From contig UYFQ01000001.1 of assembly GCA_900617105.1 (NCBI GenBank), forward strand, positions 372,001 to 436,000: 64,000 nucleotides of DNA, given 5' to 3'. Positions 11,589 to 23,903 of the stretch are shown here, piece by piece (position 1 is the first letter of the stretch; each line of letters begins with the position of its first letter). The notes under the pieces are model-generated. The model had not been told where the DNA came from and ran no database searches. It saw only the letters and a program-made list of their open reading frames with translations. Origin of the DNA: Hydrurus foetidus. Lineage: Eukaryota. The translations under genes were made by a program, and so were the position numbers.

Positions 11589-11636
11589 GGTGGGTTTGGA
11601 GAGAGGCTAAAAGGGTTGACAGTGGCTCAGTTGGGA

Positions 11637-12785
11637 TTAACCAGGATTAAAGTCCAGTGAAAAATCTGCAAACTGTGGCGAATCGTCTACTGCCAATTCG
11701 GGCAAACCAGCCTTGCTGGCTTTACTGAAGTCATTTTGTAAGCGCCACATCAGGTTGGTGGGCGAGTCGGCGTGGGCAAGGCCTTCTTTGCGGTCAACCG
11801 TGCCTTCGTTGATCAAGCGGGCAATGTCTTGCTCAAAGGTTTGGCAACCTTCCGCCATCGACTTTTCCATGGCGTCCTGCACCCCTGCCAAGTTGCCTTT
11901 GTCGATCAACTCGGATATCAGGTGCGTGTTCAGCAGCACTTCGACCGCAGGCACGCGTTGGCCCACAGCGGTGCGCAACAGGCGTTGTGAGACGATGGCT
12001 TTGAGGGCTGCGGACAAGTCGCCCAGCAGGGTGGGGCGTACTTCTACGGGGTAGAAGTTCAAAATACGGTTTAGCGCCTGGTAGCTGTTGCTGGCGTGCA
12101 TGGTGGCCAGGCACAGGTGGCCCGATTGGGCATAGGCGATGGCAGAGGACATGGTTTCGCGGTCACGGATTTCCCCGATCAAAATCACATCAGGCGCTTG
12201 GCGCAGCGCGTTGCGCAGGGCAGTTTGCAGGCTTTGTGTATCGGTACCTACCTCACGCTGGTTGACGATTGATTTTTTGTTGCGAAACAAAAATTCAATA
12301 GGATCTTCAATCGTCAGGATATGGCCGGCTAAACGCTCGTTTCGGTAGTCGATCATTGAAGCCAATGTCGTGCTTTTGCCTGCGCCTGTGGCCCCCACCA
12401 TCAATACCAAGCCACGCTTTTCCATGATGAGGCTGGACAAAATCGGTGGCACCTGTAGAGAGTCCAGCGGGGGAATGTCTTTGGTGATGAAGCGAATCAC
12501 CGCCGCATAGCTGCCGCGTTGGCGCATTGCGGAAAACCGGAAGTTACCAATGCCGTCCACCCCAGCCGCCATATTCAGCTCACCTGTTTCTTCCAGCTCA
12601 GCGATGCGCGTGGCTGGCAGTACCTCGGCCAAAAGCGAGCGAATCGCCTCGGCGGGCAGCAGCTGGTTGTTGATGGGGATGCTTTGACCATTGATTTTTA
12701 TCAGCACCGGCGAGCGGGCTGAAAGGTAAACGTCAGAGGCTTTTTTCTCCGCCATCAGGCGAAGAATGCGTTCCATGGTGCTCAT
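11637..12785 (-). CDS. PilT/PilU family type IV pilus retraction ATPase (PilU-like)
   Basis: GATGAGKST, TIEDPIE, QREVG, LRQAPDVILIGEIRDRETM, GHL..T.H. Confidence 0.92.
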   Translation of the reverse strand: MSTMERILRLMAEKKASDVYLSARSPVLIKINGQSIPINNQLLPAEAIRSLLAEVLPATRIAELEETGELNMAAGVDGIGNFRFSAMRQRGSYAAVIRFITKDIPPLDSLQVPPILSSLIMEKRGLVLMVGATGAGKSTTLASMIDYRNERLAGHILTIEDPIEFLFRNKKSIVNQREVGTDTQSLQTALRNALRQAPDVILIGEIRDRETMSSAIAYAQSGHLCLATMHASNSYQALNRILNFYPVEVRPTLLGDLSAALKAIVSQRLLRTAVGQRVPAVEVLLNTHLISELIDKGNLAGVQDAMEKSMAEGCQTFEQDIARLINEGTVDRKEGLAHADSPTNLMWRLQNDFSKASKAGLPELAVDDSPQFADFSLDFNPG

Positions 12786-12802
12786 GGTTTACCTTTCCAA
12801 TC

Positions 12803-12832
12803 AAAAAAAGGCCATCCAAAGGGTTGGCCTTT
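12803..12832 (-). terminator. Intrinsic terminator downstream of dapD
   Basis: Minus strand reads AAGGCCA-ACCCTTTGGA-TGGCCTT followed by a T-run. Confidence 0.7.
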
Positions 12833-12866
12833 CAAGTTTGCTATCAAAATTGACAGTAAATTGAGC

Positions 12867-13724
12867 TTAATCGCGCAGCAAATCGTTCAAGCTGGTCGTG
12901 GCGCGGGTTTTGGCATCGACACGTTTGACGATCACGGCGCAGTTCAGGTTGTACTTGCCGCCGGGTTTGGGCAAGCTGCCACTGACCACCACCGAGCCTG
13001 CGGGGATGCGGCCATAAGAGACGGTGTCGGTCGCACGGTCGTAAATGGGTGTGCTTTGTCCGATGAAAACGCCCATCGAGATGACGGAGTTTTCTTCGAC
13101 GATCACGCCTTCCACCACTTCAGAGCGGGCACCGATGAAGCAGTTGTCTTCGATGATGGTGGGATTGGCTTGCAAAGGCTCCAGCACGCCGCCCAGGCCG
13201 ACACCGCCCGAGATGTGGACGTTCTTGCCGACTTGGGCGCACGAACCGACGGTGGCCCAGGTATCGACCATCGTGCCTTCGTCCACGTAGGCGCCGATGT
13301 TCACGTACGACGGCATCAAAATCGCGCCTTTGGCGATGTAGCTGCCCCGGCGGGCGACGGCGGGGGGCACTACGCGCACGCCGGTGGCCTTCATTTCGGC
13401 TTCGCTCAAATGGGCGAACTTGGTTTGCACTTTGTCAAAGAAGCCCAGGCTACCGGCTTTCATCAGCTCGTTTTCTTTCAGGCGGAAGCTGAGCAGAACG
13501 GCTTTTTTGATCCACTGGTGTGTGGTCCACTGGCCCACAGCTTCGCGGGTGGCCACGCGCAAGCGGCCACTGTTGAGTTCGCTGATGACCTGATCGACCG
13601 CTTCACCCACTTCTTTGGGGTGTGACTGAGGCGACAGCGTAGCGCGGGCTTCCCAGGCTTCGTTGATGGTTTTTTCCAGGGCGGCGTTGGTGTCGGACAG
13701 TGTGTGTGGCATGGTGGTGGACAT
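12867..13724 (-). CDS. dapD: Tetrahydrodipicolinate N-succinyltransferase
   Basis: [47 protein letters not shown]; start uncertain. Confidence 0.97.
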   Translation of the reverse strand: MSTTMPHTLSDTNAALEKTINEAWEARATLSPQSHPKEVGEAVDQVISELNSGRLRVATREAVGQWTTHQWIKKAVLLSFRLKENELMKAGSLGFFDKVQTKFAHLSEAEMKATGVRVVPPAVARRGSYIAKGAILMPSYVNIGAYVDEGTMVDTWATVGSCAQVGKNVHISGGVGLGGVLEPLQANPTIIEDNCFIGARSEVVEGVIVEENSVISMGVFIGQSTPIYDRATDTVSYGRIPAGSVVVSGSLPKPGGKYNLNCAVIVKRVDAKTRATTSLNDLLRD

Positions 13725-13737
13725 GATGTTGTGGGGG

Positions 13738-14940
13738 TCAGTTGGTGTGGATAAATTGAACGATGCGCTGGGCGGCCTCAAGGCATTCTGCCGTCGGTGC
13801 CACCAGCGCCATGCGAATGCGGCCTATTCCGGGGTTGGTGCCATGCGCTTCACGCGCCAAGTAGCTGCCCGGTAAAACGGTCACATTGTATTGAGCCAGC
13901 AGCGCCTGAGCGAAGGCGGTGTCCGAGCCACCGCATACCGCGGCGGGTACACCTGCCCACAGGTAGAACGCGGCATCGGGCAAACGCACGTCCAGCACGT
14001 CGGCCAGCACTGGCGTGACCTGTGCAAATTTGGCGCGGTACTGGGCACGGTTGTCTTCGACATGGGCTTCGTCACTCCAGGCGGCCAGGCTGGCGGCTTG
14101 CACCACCGGGTTCATGGCGTTGCCGTGGTAGGTGCGGTAGAGCAAAAACGCTTTCAAAATAGCCGCGTCGCCCGCCACAAAGCCGCTGCGCAGGCCGGGT
14201 ACGTTGCTGCGCTTGGAAAGGCTGGTCAGCATCACCAGATTTTTAAAATCACGTCGACCCAGCAGAGTCGCAGCTTGCAGCGCACCCAGCGGTGGCTCGT
14301 CACGGAAGTAAATCTCGCTGTAGCACTCGTCTGAGGCGATCACAAAGCCGTAGGTGTCACTTAAATCAAACAGTTTTTGCCACTCAGCCAGCGGCATCAC
14401 TGCGCCTGTGGGGTTGCCGGGGGAGCAGACGAACAGCAGCCGGGTTTTGGCCCAAACTGCGGCGGGCACGCTGTCCCAGTCCACCGCAAAGTTACGGGCG
14501 GGGTCGCTGGCAACGAAATACGGCTGTGCGCCGCCCAGCAGCGCCGCGCCTTCGTAAATTTGGTAGAACGGGTTCGGGCAGACGACCACCGCGTCGCGCT
14601 CGCTGGGGTCAAGCACCGTCTGCGCCAGCGCAAACAGCGCCTCACGCGAGCCGTTCACTGACAAAATTTGGGTGGACGGGTTAACGGCCAGCCCATAGCG
14701 ACGTTGCAGCCACTGGCCCATCGCCTCGCGCAACCGAGGCTCGCCAGCTGTCGCTGGGTACGCCGATAAACCCGCTAAATTAGCACAAATAGCCTCGTTA
14801 ATGAGGGGGGGCGTGGGGTGTTTGGGTTCGCCAATGCCCAGGCTGATGGGCCGGTAGGCGGGGTTGGGTGTGGTGTTGGCAAAAAGTGCTTTAAGCCGCT
14901 CAAAAGGGTAAGGCTGTAGGCCAGATAACAGGGGATTCAT
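13738..14940 (-). CDS. dapC: Succinyldiaminopimelate transaminase
   Basis: [42 protein letters not shown] (PLP lysine). Confidence 0.95.
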   Translation of the reverse strand: MNPLLSGLQPYPFERLKALFANTTPNPAYRPISLGIGEPKHPTPPLINEAICANLAGLSAYPATAGEPRLREAMGQWLQRRYGLAVNPSTQILSVNGSREALFALAQTVLDPSERDAVVVCPNPFYQIYEGAALLGGAQPYFVASDPARNFAVDWDSVPAAVWAKTRLLFVCSPGNPTGAVMPLAEWQKLFDLSDTYGFVIASDECYSEIYFRDEPPLGALQAATLLGRRDFKNLVMLTSLSKRSNVPGLRSGFVAGDAAILKAFLLYRTYHGNAMNPVVQAASLAAWSDEAHVEDNRAQYRAKFAQVTPVLADVLDVRLPDAAFYLWAGVPAAVCGGSDTAFAQALLAQYNVTVLPGSYLAREAHGTNPGIGRIRMALVAPTAECLEAAQRIVQFIHTN

Positions 14941-15046
14941 AAGCTTATTATCGAGCGAAACAGGATCAGACTGGCTAAACTCAGGGGGTTTCCTTCTCTG
15001 CCTTATTGGCCTCCGTTTATCGGCCCTTATCGAAGCGCCTCGCCAC

Positions 15047-16231
15047 ATGTCTAAGCCTTCCTCAAACCACGCCCCTGTTGCCGCGTCCTCTTTGCAGAGC
15101 CGTGTGGAACGTGTTGCTACTGCGTGGCAGGTTTCCGATTTGCGTTTTTTGCTGGTGCTGCTCTTGCCTGTGACGGTGTTTGTGTCAGTTTGGTCGGATC
15201 CTGCCAGGTCGTGGTGCCAATCGGTGTTTGGCTATCTGCTTGTGGTGGCTGTAGATGCTGTATGGCCGCGTGCGCAGCGCTCGCCGTCTTCGTCGCCCTC
15301 ATCGGCCTATTTCACCTGGATTATTCGCCTGTATGTGCCCTTGCAGTTGCTGCTGCAGGTCAGTGCGGTGTGGGTGGTATGGCATTCCGATTGGTTTGTG
15401 GCGCTGAGCTTGGCGATGTCGGTGGGGATGGTGGCGGGGGCAGTTGGCATCACGGTGGCACACGAATTGGGGCATTCACCCCGTCGCTTAGACCGTGTTT
15501 TGGCATGGGTCTTGATGACCAGCGTGTGTTACGCGCATTTCATGGTGGAGCATTACCGGGGTCACCATCCCCGTGCAGCCACGTTTGACGACCCTGCCAG
15601 TGCTCGCAAAGGCGAAAGCTTGTGGCAGTTTTTTGCACGGGCGCTGCCCGGCAGTTTTGTCCATGCGTGGCAACTGGAGGCACGGCGCTTGCACCAGTTC
15701 AAAAAATCGTGGCTGCACAGCCCGCTGGTCTGGGTGTTTACCGCCAAAGTAGCTTTTCTACTGATCCTGATGGTCAGAATAGAGACGGTTTTGCTGGTTT
15801 TTTTCTGCGTGCAAGCGCTGTTTGCGATTGGCTTGCTCGAAGCAGTGAATTACATTGAGCATTACGGTTTGCAGCGGCGCGGCAAAGACAGCCGCAGAAT
15901 CCGGCAGTCTGACAATGACCGTACTGATTGGCGGCTGGGCCTGCGCGAGCCTTTTGGTCCTATGCATGCTTGGAACGCGAACCACGTGCTGACCAGCAGC
16001 CTGTTAATTAACCTACAGCGTCATTCCGACCACCACATCAACCCGTGGAAACCTTATGCCAGCCTGGAGCACTTGCCGGACAGCCCTCAGCTGCCCACAG
16101 GTTACGCGGGTTGCATTCTGCTGGCCATGGTGCCCCCGCTGTGGTTTTCTGTGATGAACCCGCGTCTGGGGCAGGCCAAAGCGCACTTTCATCCTGATGA
16201 GGTACACACTCAACCGGGTGTGGCGGGGTGA
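15047..16231 (+). CDS. alkB: Alkane 1-monooxygenase (AlkB/XylM family membrane di-iron enzyme)
   Basis: His boxes HELGH, EHYRGHH, NYIEHYGL, LQRHSDHH; PQLPTGY; transmembrane segments. Confidence 0.88.
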   Translation: MSKPSSNHAPVAASSLQSRVERVATAWQVSDLRFLLVLLLPVTVFVSVWSDPARSWCQSVFGYLLVVAVDAVWPRAQRSPSSSPSSAYFTWIIRLYVPLQLLLQVSAVWVVWHSDWFVALSLAMSVGMVAGAVGITVAHELGHSPRRLDRVLAWVLMTSVCYAHFMVEHYRGHHPRAATFDDPASARKGESLWQFFARALPGSFVHAWQLEARRLHQFKKSWLHSPLVWVFTAKVAFLLILMVRIETVLLVFFCVQALFAIGLLEAVNYIEHYGLQRRGKDSRRIRQSDNDRTDWRLGLREPFGPMHAWNANHVLTSSLLINLQRHSDHHINPWKPYASLEHLPDSPQLPTGYAGCILLAMVPPLWFSVMNPRLGQAKAHFHPDEVHTQPGVAG

Positions 16232-16320
16232 CATGTCTTGCTGGGCCGGGCTTTGGGGGCCTCAGTTAACATCGCCACTCCCCCATTTGCCCGTCCTTAG
16301 TCTGCCCTTTAGCCTGTCCC

Positions 16321-19300
16321 GTGCGCCTCAATTCCATCAAACTGTCAGGATTCAAGTCATTCGCTGAACCCACCAACTTCATGCTGCCCGGCCAACTGGT
16401 GGGCGTGGTGGGGCCGAACGGCTGTGGCAAGTCCAACATCATGGACGCCGTGCGCTGGGTGTTGGGCGAATCCAAGGCCAGTGAATTGCGTGGTGAGTCC
16501 ATGCAGGACGTGATTTTCAACGGCACCACCACCCGCAAACCCGCCAGCCGCGCCAGCGTCGAGCTCGTGTTTGACAACGCCGACCACCGCGCCGGTGGTC
16601 AGTGGAACCAGTTTGAAGACATCGCCGTCAAGCGCGTGCTTACCCGCGACGGCACCAGCAGCTACTACATCAACAACCAGCCGGTGCGCCGCCGTGACGT
16701 GCAGGATGTGTTCCTGGGCACTGGCCTGGGCCCCCGTGCCTACGCCATCATCGGGCAGGGCACCATCAGCCGCATCATCGAATCCAAGCCCGAAGAGCTG
16801 CGCTTGTTTTTAGAGGAGGCTGCCGGTGTTTCCAAGTACAAAGAGCGCCGCCGCGAGACGGAAAATCGCCTCTCTGACACCCGTGAAAACCTGACCCGCG
16901 TCGAAGACATCCTGCGCGAGCTGAACACCAACTTAGAGAAGTTGGAGAAGCAAGCCGAAGTGGCTCAGCGCTACAACCGTTTGAACAGCGATGCCACGCT
17001 CAAGCAGCACCAGTTGTGGTTCCTGAAGCGCAGTGAAAGCGAAGCGGATCAAGCACGTGTCAAAGCCGAATCCGATGCCGCCGTGAACGCGCTCGAATCC
17101 CGCATGGCCGATTTGCGCAGCACCGAATCGGATTCAGAAACCTTGCGCCAAGCCCATTACGCCGCAGGCGATCAGGTCAACGCAGGCCAGGGCCTGCTGT
17201 ACGAGGCGAGCGCCGAAGTAGGGCGCTTAGAAGCCGAAATCCGCTTTGTCGTCGAAGGCCGCCAGCGTGTGGAGCAGCGTCTGGTGCAGTTGGCTGAGCA
17301 AACCGCCCAATGGGCCACCCGCAAAGACGATGCCCTGGCCGAGACCGAGAATTTGGCCGAGTTGTCCGAACACGGGGCCGAAAAGACCGAATTGCTCGCC
17401 GCGCAAGCCGAAGAGCAGGCCATGCAGATGCCCGATCTGGAAGATGCGCTGCGCAGCGCCCAGTCCACAGCCAACGCCCAGCGCAACAGCGTGACGCAGG
17501 TGCAGCAGCACATCCAAGTGCTGGCCGCAGACCAGCGCAACATCGAAGAACAATCTCGCCAATTTAACCAGCGCCGCGAGCGCCTGCTGACCGACCGCAA
17601 CGCCCTGGCCTCGCCCGACGAAGAGCGCTTAATCAACCTGCAAGAGCAGTACGCCGTTGCCACAGACGCGGCCAGCGAGGCCGATGCTCGCCTGCAAGAG
17701 CTGCAAGAACAAGTGCCCCAGCTCGACGACGACCGCAGAGCCCGCCAGCAAGCTGTCAACACCGAATCAGGCCGTTTGGCCGATTACTCTGCCCGGCTGG
17801 ACGCGCTCAAAGCGCTGCAAGACAAAGTCAAAACCGACGGTAAATTGCGCCCCTGGCTGGCCAAACACGGCTTGGACGGTTTGCAAGGCTTGTGGAGCCG
17901 CCTGAACATCGAGCAAGGCTGGGAAAACGCCTTGGAGTCCGCCCTGCGCGAACGCCTGGGTGCGCTGGAAGTCAGCCGCTTGGAGATGGTGCGCGGCTTT
18001 GCAGGCAGTCATGGCGCGGAAAACACCGCCCCGCCTGCCAAGTTATCGTTCTACGCCAATCCCGCCGCACCGGGTGCCGTCAGCCACAGCCCGCCACCGA
18101 ACACACAACCCCTGCTGGATTTGCTGCGCTTCAACGACGCGGCCCAGCGCTCGCTCTTGGCCGATTGGTTGCACGGCGGCTACACCGCTGCCAGCATGGA
18201 CGACGCGCTGGCCGCCCGAGAGCAATTGCGCCCAGGCGAGGTGATTTACCTCCAAAGCGGCCACGCCATCACCGCCCACAGCGTGAGTTTTTACGCACCC
18301 GATTCCGAGCAAGCCGGTCTGCTGGCCCGTGCGCAAGAGATTGAAAATTTAGAAAAGCAACTCCGCGCCCAAACCTTTATTTTTGAGGAAGCCCGTACCG
18401 CCCAGGTGCGTGCCGAAGCCGCCTATGCCGAAGCCTCGCAACGCTTGGTTACCGCCCGGCGCGAGGCTTCAGAGAACCAAACTCGCGCCCATAACCTGCA
18501 AGTCGAAACCCTGCGGTTGACCCAGCTCGCTGAGCAAACCCGTGCCCGCAGCCAGCAGCTTGCCAGCGATTTGGCCGAGGTTGAAGCCCAGTTGGACGAC
18601 CTGCAAGAGCGCCGCGTCACCGCCGAGGCCCGCTTTGAAGAGCTGGACATGCAGCTCGCCGACAGCCAAGAGCGCCATGCCCAGCTTGACGACCATGTGA
18701 TTGCCGCTGAGCGCCGGTTGAACGAATGTCGCGAGCAGCAACGCAGCCTGGAGCGCCAAGCGCAAGAGGCCACGTTCTCGCTGCGCACCCTGCAAGCGCG
18801 TCAGGCTGAGCTGAGTCGTGCTATCGAAACCGCAGCGCAACAAACAGAAGGGTTGCGTGCTGAGACCCAAAGAGCTGTGGACGAGCTGGCCCGCCTGAAC
18901 GATGCCGCTGCCCAAGGTGGCCTGCAAGACGCGCTGGCCCTGAAGCTGGAGCGCGAACACGCCCTGAGCGCCCTGCGCAGCGAGTACGACGACCTGAGTC
19001 AGCGCCTGCGTGCCAGCGACGACAAACGCCAGACCTTCGAGCGCGAGCTTGACCCGCTGCGCCAGCGCATCACCGATTTCCAGCTCAAAGAACAGGCCGC
19101 TCGCCTCGGTGTCGAGCAGTACGCCCAGCTGCTGACCGACGCGCAAGCTGACCTGGAAGCCGTGGCCAAATCCATCCTTGAAGGCAACGTGCGCGTCCAC
19201 GGCCTGCAAAGCGAGATTGACCGCCTGAACCGCGACATCACCGCTTTAGGGGCCGTCAACTTGGCCGCCTTGGACGAACTCGCCTCGGCCCGCGAACGCA

Positions 19301-19863
19301 AGCAGTTCCTCGATGCGCAAACCGCCGATTTGGTGGAAGCCATGACCACGTTGGAAGATGCCATCCGAAAAATCGACGGCGAAACCCGCGAGCTGCTGTC
19401 GGGCACGTTCAACGCCGTCAACGAACATTTCGGGCGCATGTTCCCCGAGCTGTTTGGCGGTGGCAATGCGCGGTTGGTGATTACCGGCGACGAAATCCTC
19501 GATTCCGGCGTGCAAGTTGTGGCCCAGCCACCCGGCAAAAAGAACCAGACCATCCACCTGCTCAGCGGCGGTGAAAAAGCCCTGACCGCCATCGCACTGG
19601 TGTTCGCCATCTTCATGCTCAACCCCGCGCCGTTTTGCTTGCTCGACGAGGTGGACGCGCCGCTGGACGATGCCAACACCGAGCGCTATGCCAAATTGGT
19701 TTCCGCGATGAGCAGCCAAACCCAGTTTCTTTTCATCAGCCACAACAAAATAGCCATGGAAATGGCCAAGCAGTTGATCGGTGTCACCATGCAAGAGCAG
19801 GGCGTTTCGCGCATCGTCGCGGTGGACATGGATGCCGCCGTCTCGCTCGCTGAATTGGCTTGA
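16321..19863 (+). CDS. smc: Chromosome segregation protein SMC
   Basis: GPNGCGKSN, long coiled coils, LSGGEKAL, LDEVDAPLD; GTG start. Confidence 0.97.
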   Translation: MRLNSIKLSGFKSFAEPTNFMLPGQLVGVVGPNGCGKSNIMDAVRWVLGESKASELRGESMQDVIFNGTTTRKPASRASVELVFDNADHRAGGQWNQFEDIAVKRVLTRDGTSSYYINNQPVRRRDVQDVFLGTGLGPRAYAIIGQGTISRIIESKPEELRLFLEEAAGVSKYKERRRETENRLSDTRENLTRVEDILRELNTNLEKLEKQAEVAQRYNRLNSDATLKQHQLWFLKRSESEADQARVKAESDAAVNALESRMADLRSTESDSETLRQAHYAAGDQVNAGQGLLYEASAEVGRLEAEIRFVVEGRQRVEQRLVQLAEQTAQWATRKDDALAETENLAELSEHGAEKTELLAAQAEEQAMQMPDLEDALRSAQSTANAQRNSVTQVQQHIQVLAADQRNIEEQSRQFNQRRERLLTDRNALASPDEERLINLQEQYAVATDAASEADARLQELQEQVPQLDDDRRARQQAVNTESGRLADYSARLDALKALQDKVKTDGKLRPWLAKHGLDGLQGLWSRLNIEQGWENALESALRERLGALEVSRLEMVRGFAGSHGAENTAPPAKLSFYANPAAPGAVSHSPPPNTQPLLDLLRFNDAAQRSLLADWLHGGYTAASMDDALAAREQLRPGEVIYLQSGHAITAHSVSFYAPDSEQAGLLARAQEIENLEKQLRAQTFIFEEARTAQVRAEAAYAEASQRLVTARREASENQTRAHNLQVETLRLTQLAEQTRARSQQLASDLAEVEAQLDDLQERRVTAEARFEELDMQLADSQERHAQLDDHVIAAERRLNECREQQRSLERQAQEATFSLRTLQARQAELSRAIETAAQQTEGLRAETQRAVDELARLNDAAAQGGLQDALALKLEREHALSALRSEYDDLSQRLRASDDKRQTFERELDPLRQRITDFQLKEQAARLGVEQYAQLLTDAQADLEAVAKSILEGNVRVHGLQSEIDRLNRDITALGAVNLAALDELASARERKQFLDAQTADLVEAMTTLEDAIRKIDGETRELLSGTFNAVNEHFGRMFPELFGGGNARLVITGDEILDSGVQVVAQPPGKKNQTIHLLSGGEKALTAIALVFAIFMLNPAPFCLLDEVDAPLDDANTERYAKLVSAMSSQTQFLFISHNKIAMEMAKQLIGVTMQEQGVSRIVAVDMDAAVSLAELA

Positions 19864-19927
19864 TGCCGTCCTCTAAAGCCGTGCCACGAACTGCCCCGAC
19901 AATCCAAGCCATGCTACAAACATCACC

Positions 19928-21031
19928 ATGAGTACTCTACAAATCAGCTTGGCCGTGGCCGGTGGCCTCGTCTTGGCCGGCATAGTTGCCCACAGCGCTT
20001 GGTCGTCACGCAGAAACACCCCCCGGCAAGCCGACCCGCAAGTGCCGCCCGCTCCTACGACTGAATCGCTCAATGTGCAGCGTGAGCCTGCTTTTGATGC
20101 TATGGGTTTTGAGACGAACAACGCTGCGGAGGGCTATAACGCTGTCGATGTTGGCCCCGATACGCTGTCTGATCTGCCCCGTCTACCCATACCCCCCACG
20201 GGTGATAAGCGCTTGGGGCTGGATGCGCTGATCGACGTGATCGTTCCCCTCATGCTGGAAGCCCCCATCTACGGCGAAGTCGCGCTCACTGCCATGCCCT
20301 CAACCCGCCGTGCTGGCAGCAAGCCGTTTGCTGTTGAAGGCCATAACAACGTCACCCAGCGCTGGGAAACCCCGGTCGCTGGTCAGCGCTACAGCAGCTT
20401 TCAGGCTGGTGTGCAAATGGCCAATCGCACGGGTGCGTTGAACGAGATTGAATATTCTGAATTCGTGATGAAGGCCCAAACCTTTGCCGATGCCATCAAC
20501 GCCGCCACCGATTTCCCTGAAATGCTGGAAGCTGTGGCCCATGCCCGCGAGCTTGACCAATTCGCCAGCAGCCACGATGCCCATTTAGGCTTCAGCTTGC
20601 GCGCCCTGCATGCCTCCTGGAGCCCCGGCTACATCCAGCAAGCAGCGGCCCGTGTGGGTTTTGTGATGGGGGCCATTCCCGGCCGCATGGTGCTTCCTGC
20701 CGCCACGGCAGGTTTACCCCCGGTGCTGAGTTTGGTCTATGACCCGCAAGCCGCCTTGGCCCAAGATCCCGCCCAGTCCGCCGTGCGCGAAGTCGCGCTG
20801 AACCTCGAAGTTCCCCACGTCGAGCGCAGTGAGACCCCCTTCGTGCGCCTGCGTGAACTCGCCCAAACCCTGGCCGAAGCGATGGACGGCGTGGTCACAG
20901 ACGGCAACGGCCAACCCCTGCCATCCGAGGCGATGGATCAAATCGGCGCTGAACTTGAGCAGCTCTACGATGCCCTCGATGCCCGTGATTTCTCCGCAGG
21001 CTCAGGTCTGGCCCGTCGTCTTTTCAGCTGA
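19928..21031 (+). CDS. zipA: ZipA-like cell division protein (C-terminal FtsZ-binding domain)
   Basis: N-terminal membrane anchor, Pro-rich linker, GVQMANRTGALNEIEYSEF, ends ARRLFS; smc-zipA-ligA order. Confidence 0.82.
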   Translation: MSTLQISLAVAGGLVLAGIVAHSAWSSRRNTPRQADPQVPPAPTTESLNVQREPAFDAMGFETNNAAEGYNAVDVGPDTLSDLPRLPIPPTGDKRLGLDALIDVIVPLMLEAPIYGEVALTAMPSTRRAGSKPFAVEGHNNVTQRWETPVAGQRYSSFQAGVQMANRTGALNEIEYSEFVMKAQTFADAINAATDFPEMLEAVAHARELDQFASSHDAHLGFSLRALHASWSPGYIQQAAARVGFVMGAIPGRMVLPAATAGLPPVLSLVYDPQAALAQDPAQSAVREVALNLEVPHVERSETPFVRLRELAQTLAEAMDGVVTDGNGQPLPSEAMDQIGAELEQLYDALDARDFSAGSGLARRLFS

Positions 21032-21061
21032 GCGGCTGATCCGCTAAGGTTTCGCAAACGA

Positions 21062-23225
<2,164 letters not shown>

Positions 23226-23242
23226 AGCCGTAAACTGTCGCC

Positions 23243-23533
23243 ATGAACCGCCAAGCCACACTCGCCCTGCTTGCCCAACACAAAACGTATCTGGCCAACC
23301 AGTTCGGTGTGACCGCGCTGGCCTTGTTCGGCTCAACTGTGAGAGACACAGCTACCGATGGCAGCGATGTGGATGTGTGGGTCACATTTGATGGCCCTGC
23401 CACCTCTGCTCGGTATTTTGGCGTGCAGTTTTATCTGGAAGATTTGTTGAGTCGCCCCGTCGATTTGGTGACTGACAAGGCGCTTCGCCCCGAACTCAGG
23501 CCGTTCATTGAGCGTGAAGCGGTGCATGTCTGA
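23243..23533 (+). CDS. Minimal nucleotidyltransferase (MntA-like antitoxin)
   Basis: FGS-X10-DVD motif, 96 aa, directly upstream of a HEPN gene. Confidence 0.9.
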   Translation: MNRQATLALLAQHKTYLANQFGVTALALFGSTVRDTATDGSDVDVWVTFDGPATSARYFGVQFYLEDLLSRPVDLVTDKALRPELRPFIEREAVHV

Positions 23534-23903
23534 AGCCACGCCCAGCCGCGAGTGGCGGTTTTACCTTGACGACATGATCGGGTTTTGCGAACGGGTACTC
23601 GACTTCACCCGCGATGTTGACCAAACCCAATTCGATGCTGATGGGATGCGGTTTGATGCCACCGTGCGCAATATCGAGTTGATTGGAGAAGCTGCAACCC
23701 ACATCCCTTCAGATGTTCGCCAGTCATCGCCCAACATTCCTTGGCGGATGGTGATTGCCATGCGCAATCAGCTGATTCACGGCTACCTGGGTATCGACAA
23801 CGACACACTGTGGAGCATCGTTGAAACTGATATTCCCGCCTTGTTGGTCAGCCTGTGGGCGCTGCGGGCATCGCTTCATCTACCCACTTCTCCCTCTCTA
23901 TGA
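23526..23903 (+). CDS. HEPN/DUF86 ribonuclease toxin (HepT-like)
   Basis: RNIELIGEAA, IPWR, RNQLIHGY (RX4HXY motif). Confidence 0.9.
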   Translation: MSEATPSREWRFYLDDMIGFCERVLDFTRDVDQTQFDADGMRFDATVRNIELIGEAATHIPSDVRQSSPNIPWRMVIAMRNQLIHGYLGIDNDTLWSIVETDIPALLVSLWALRASLHLPTSPSL

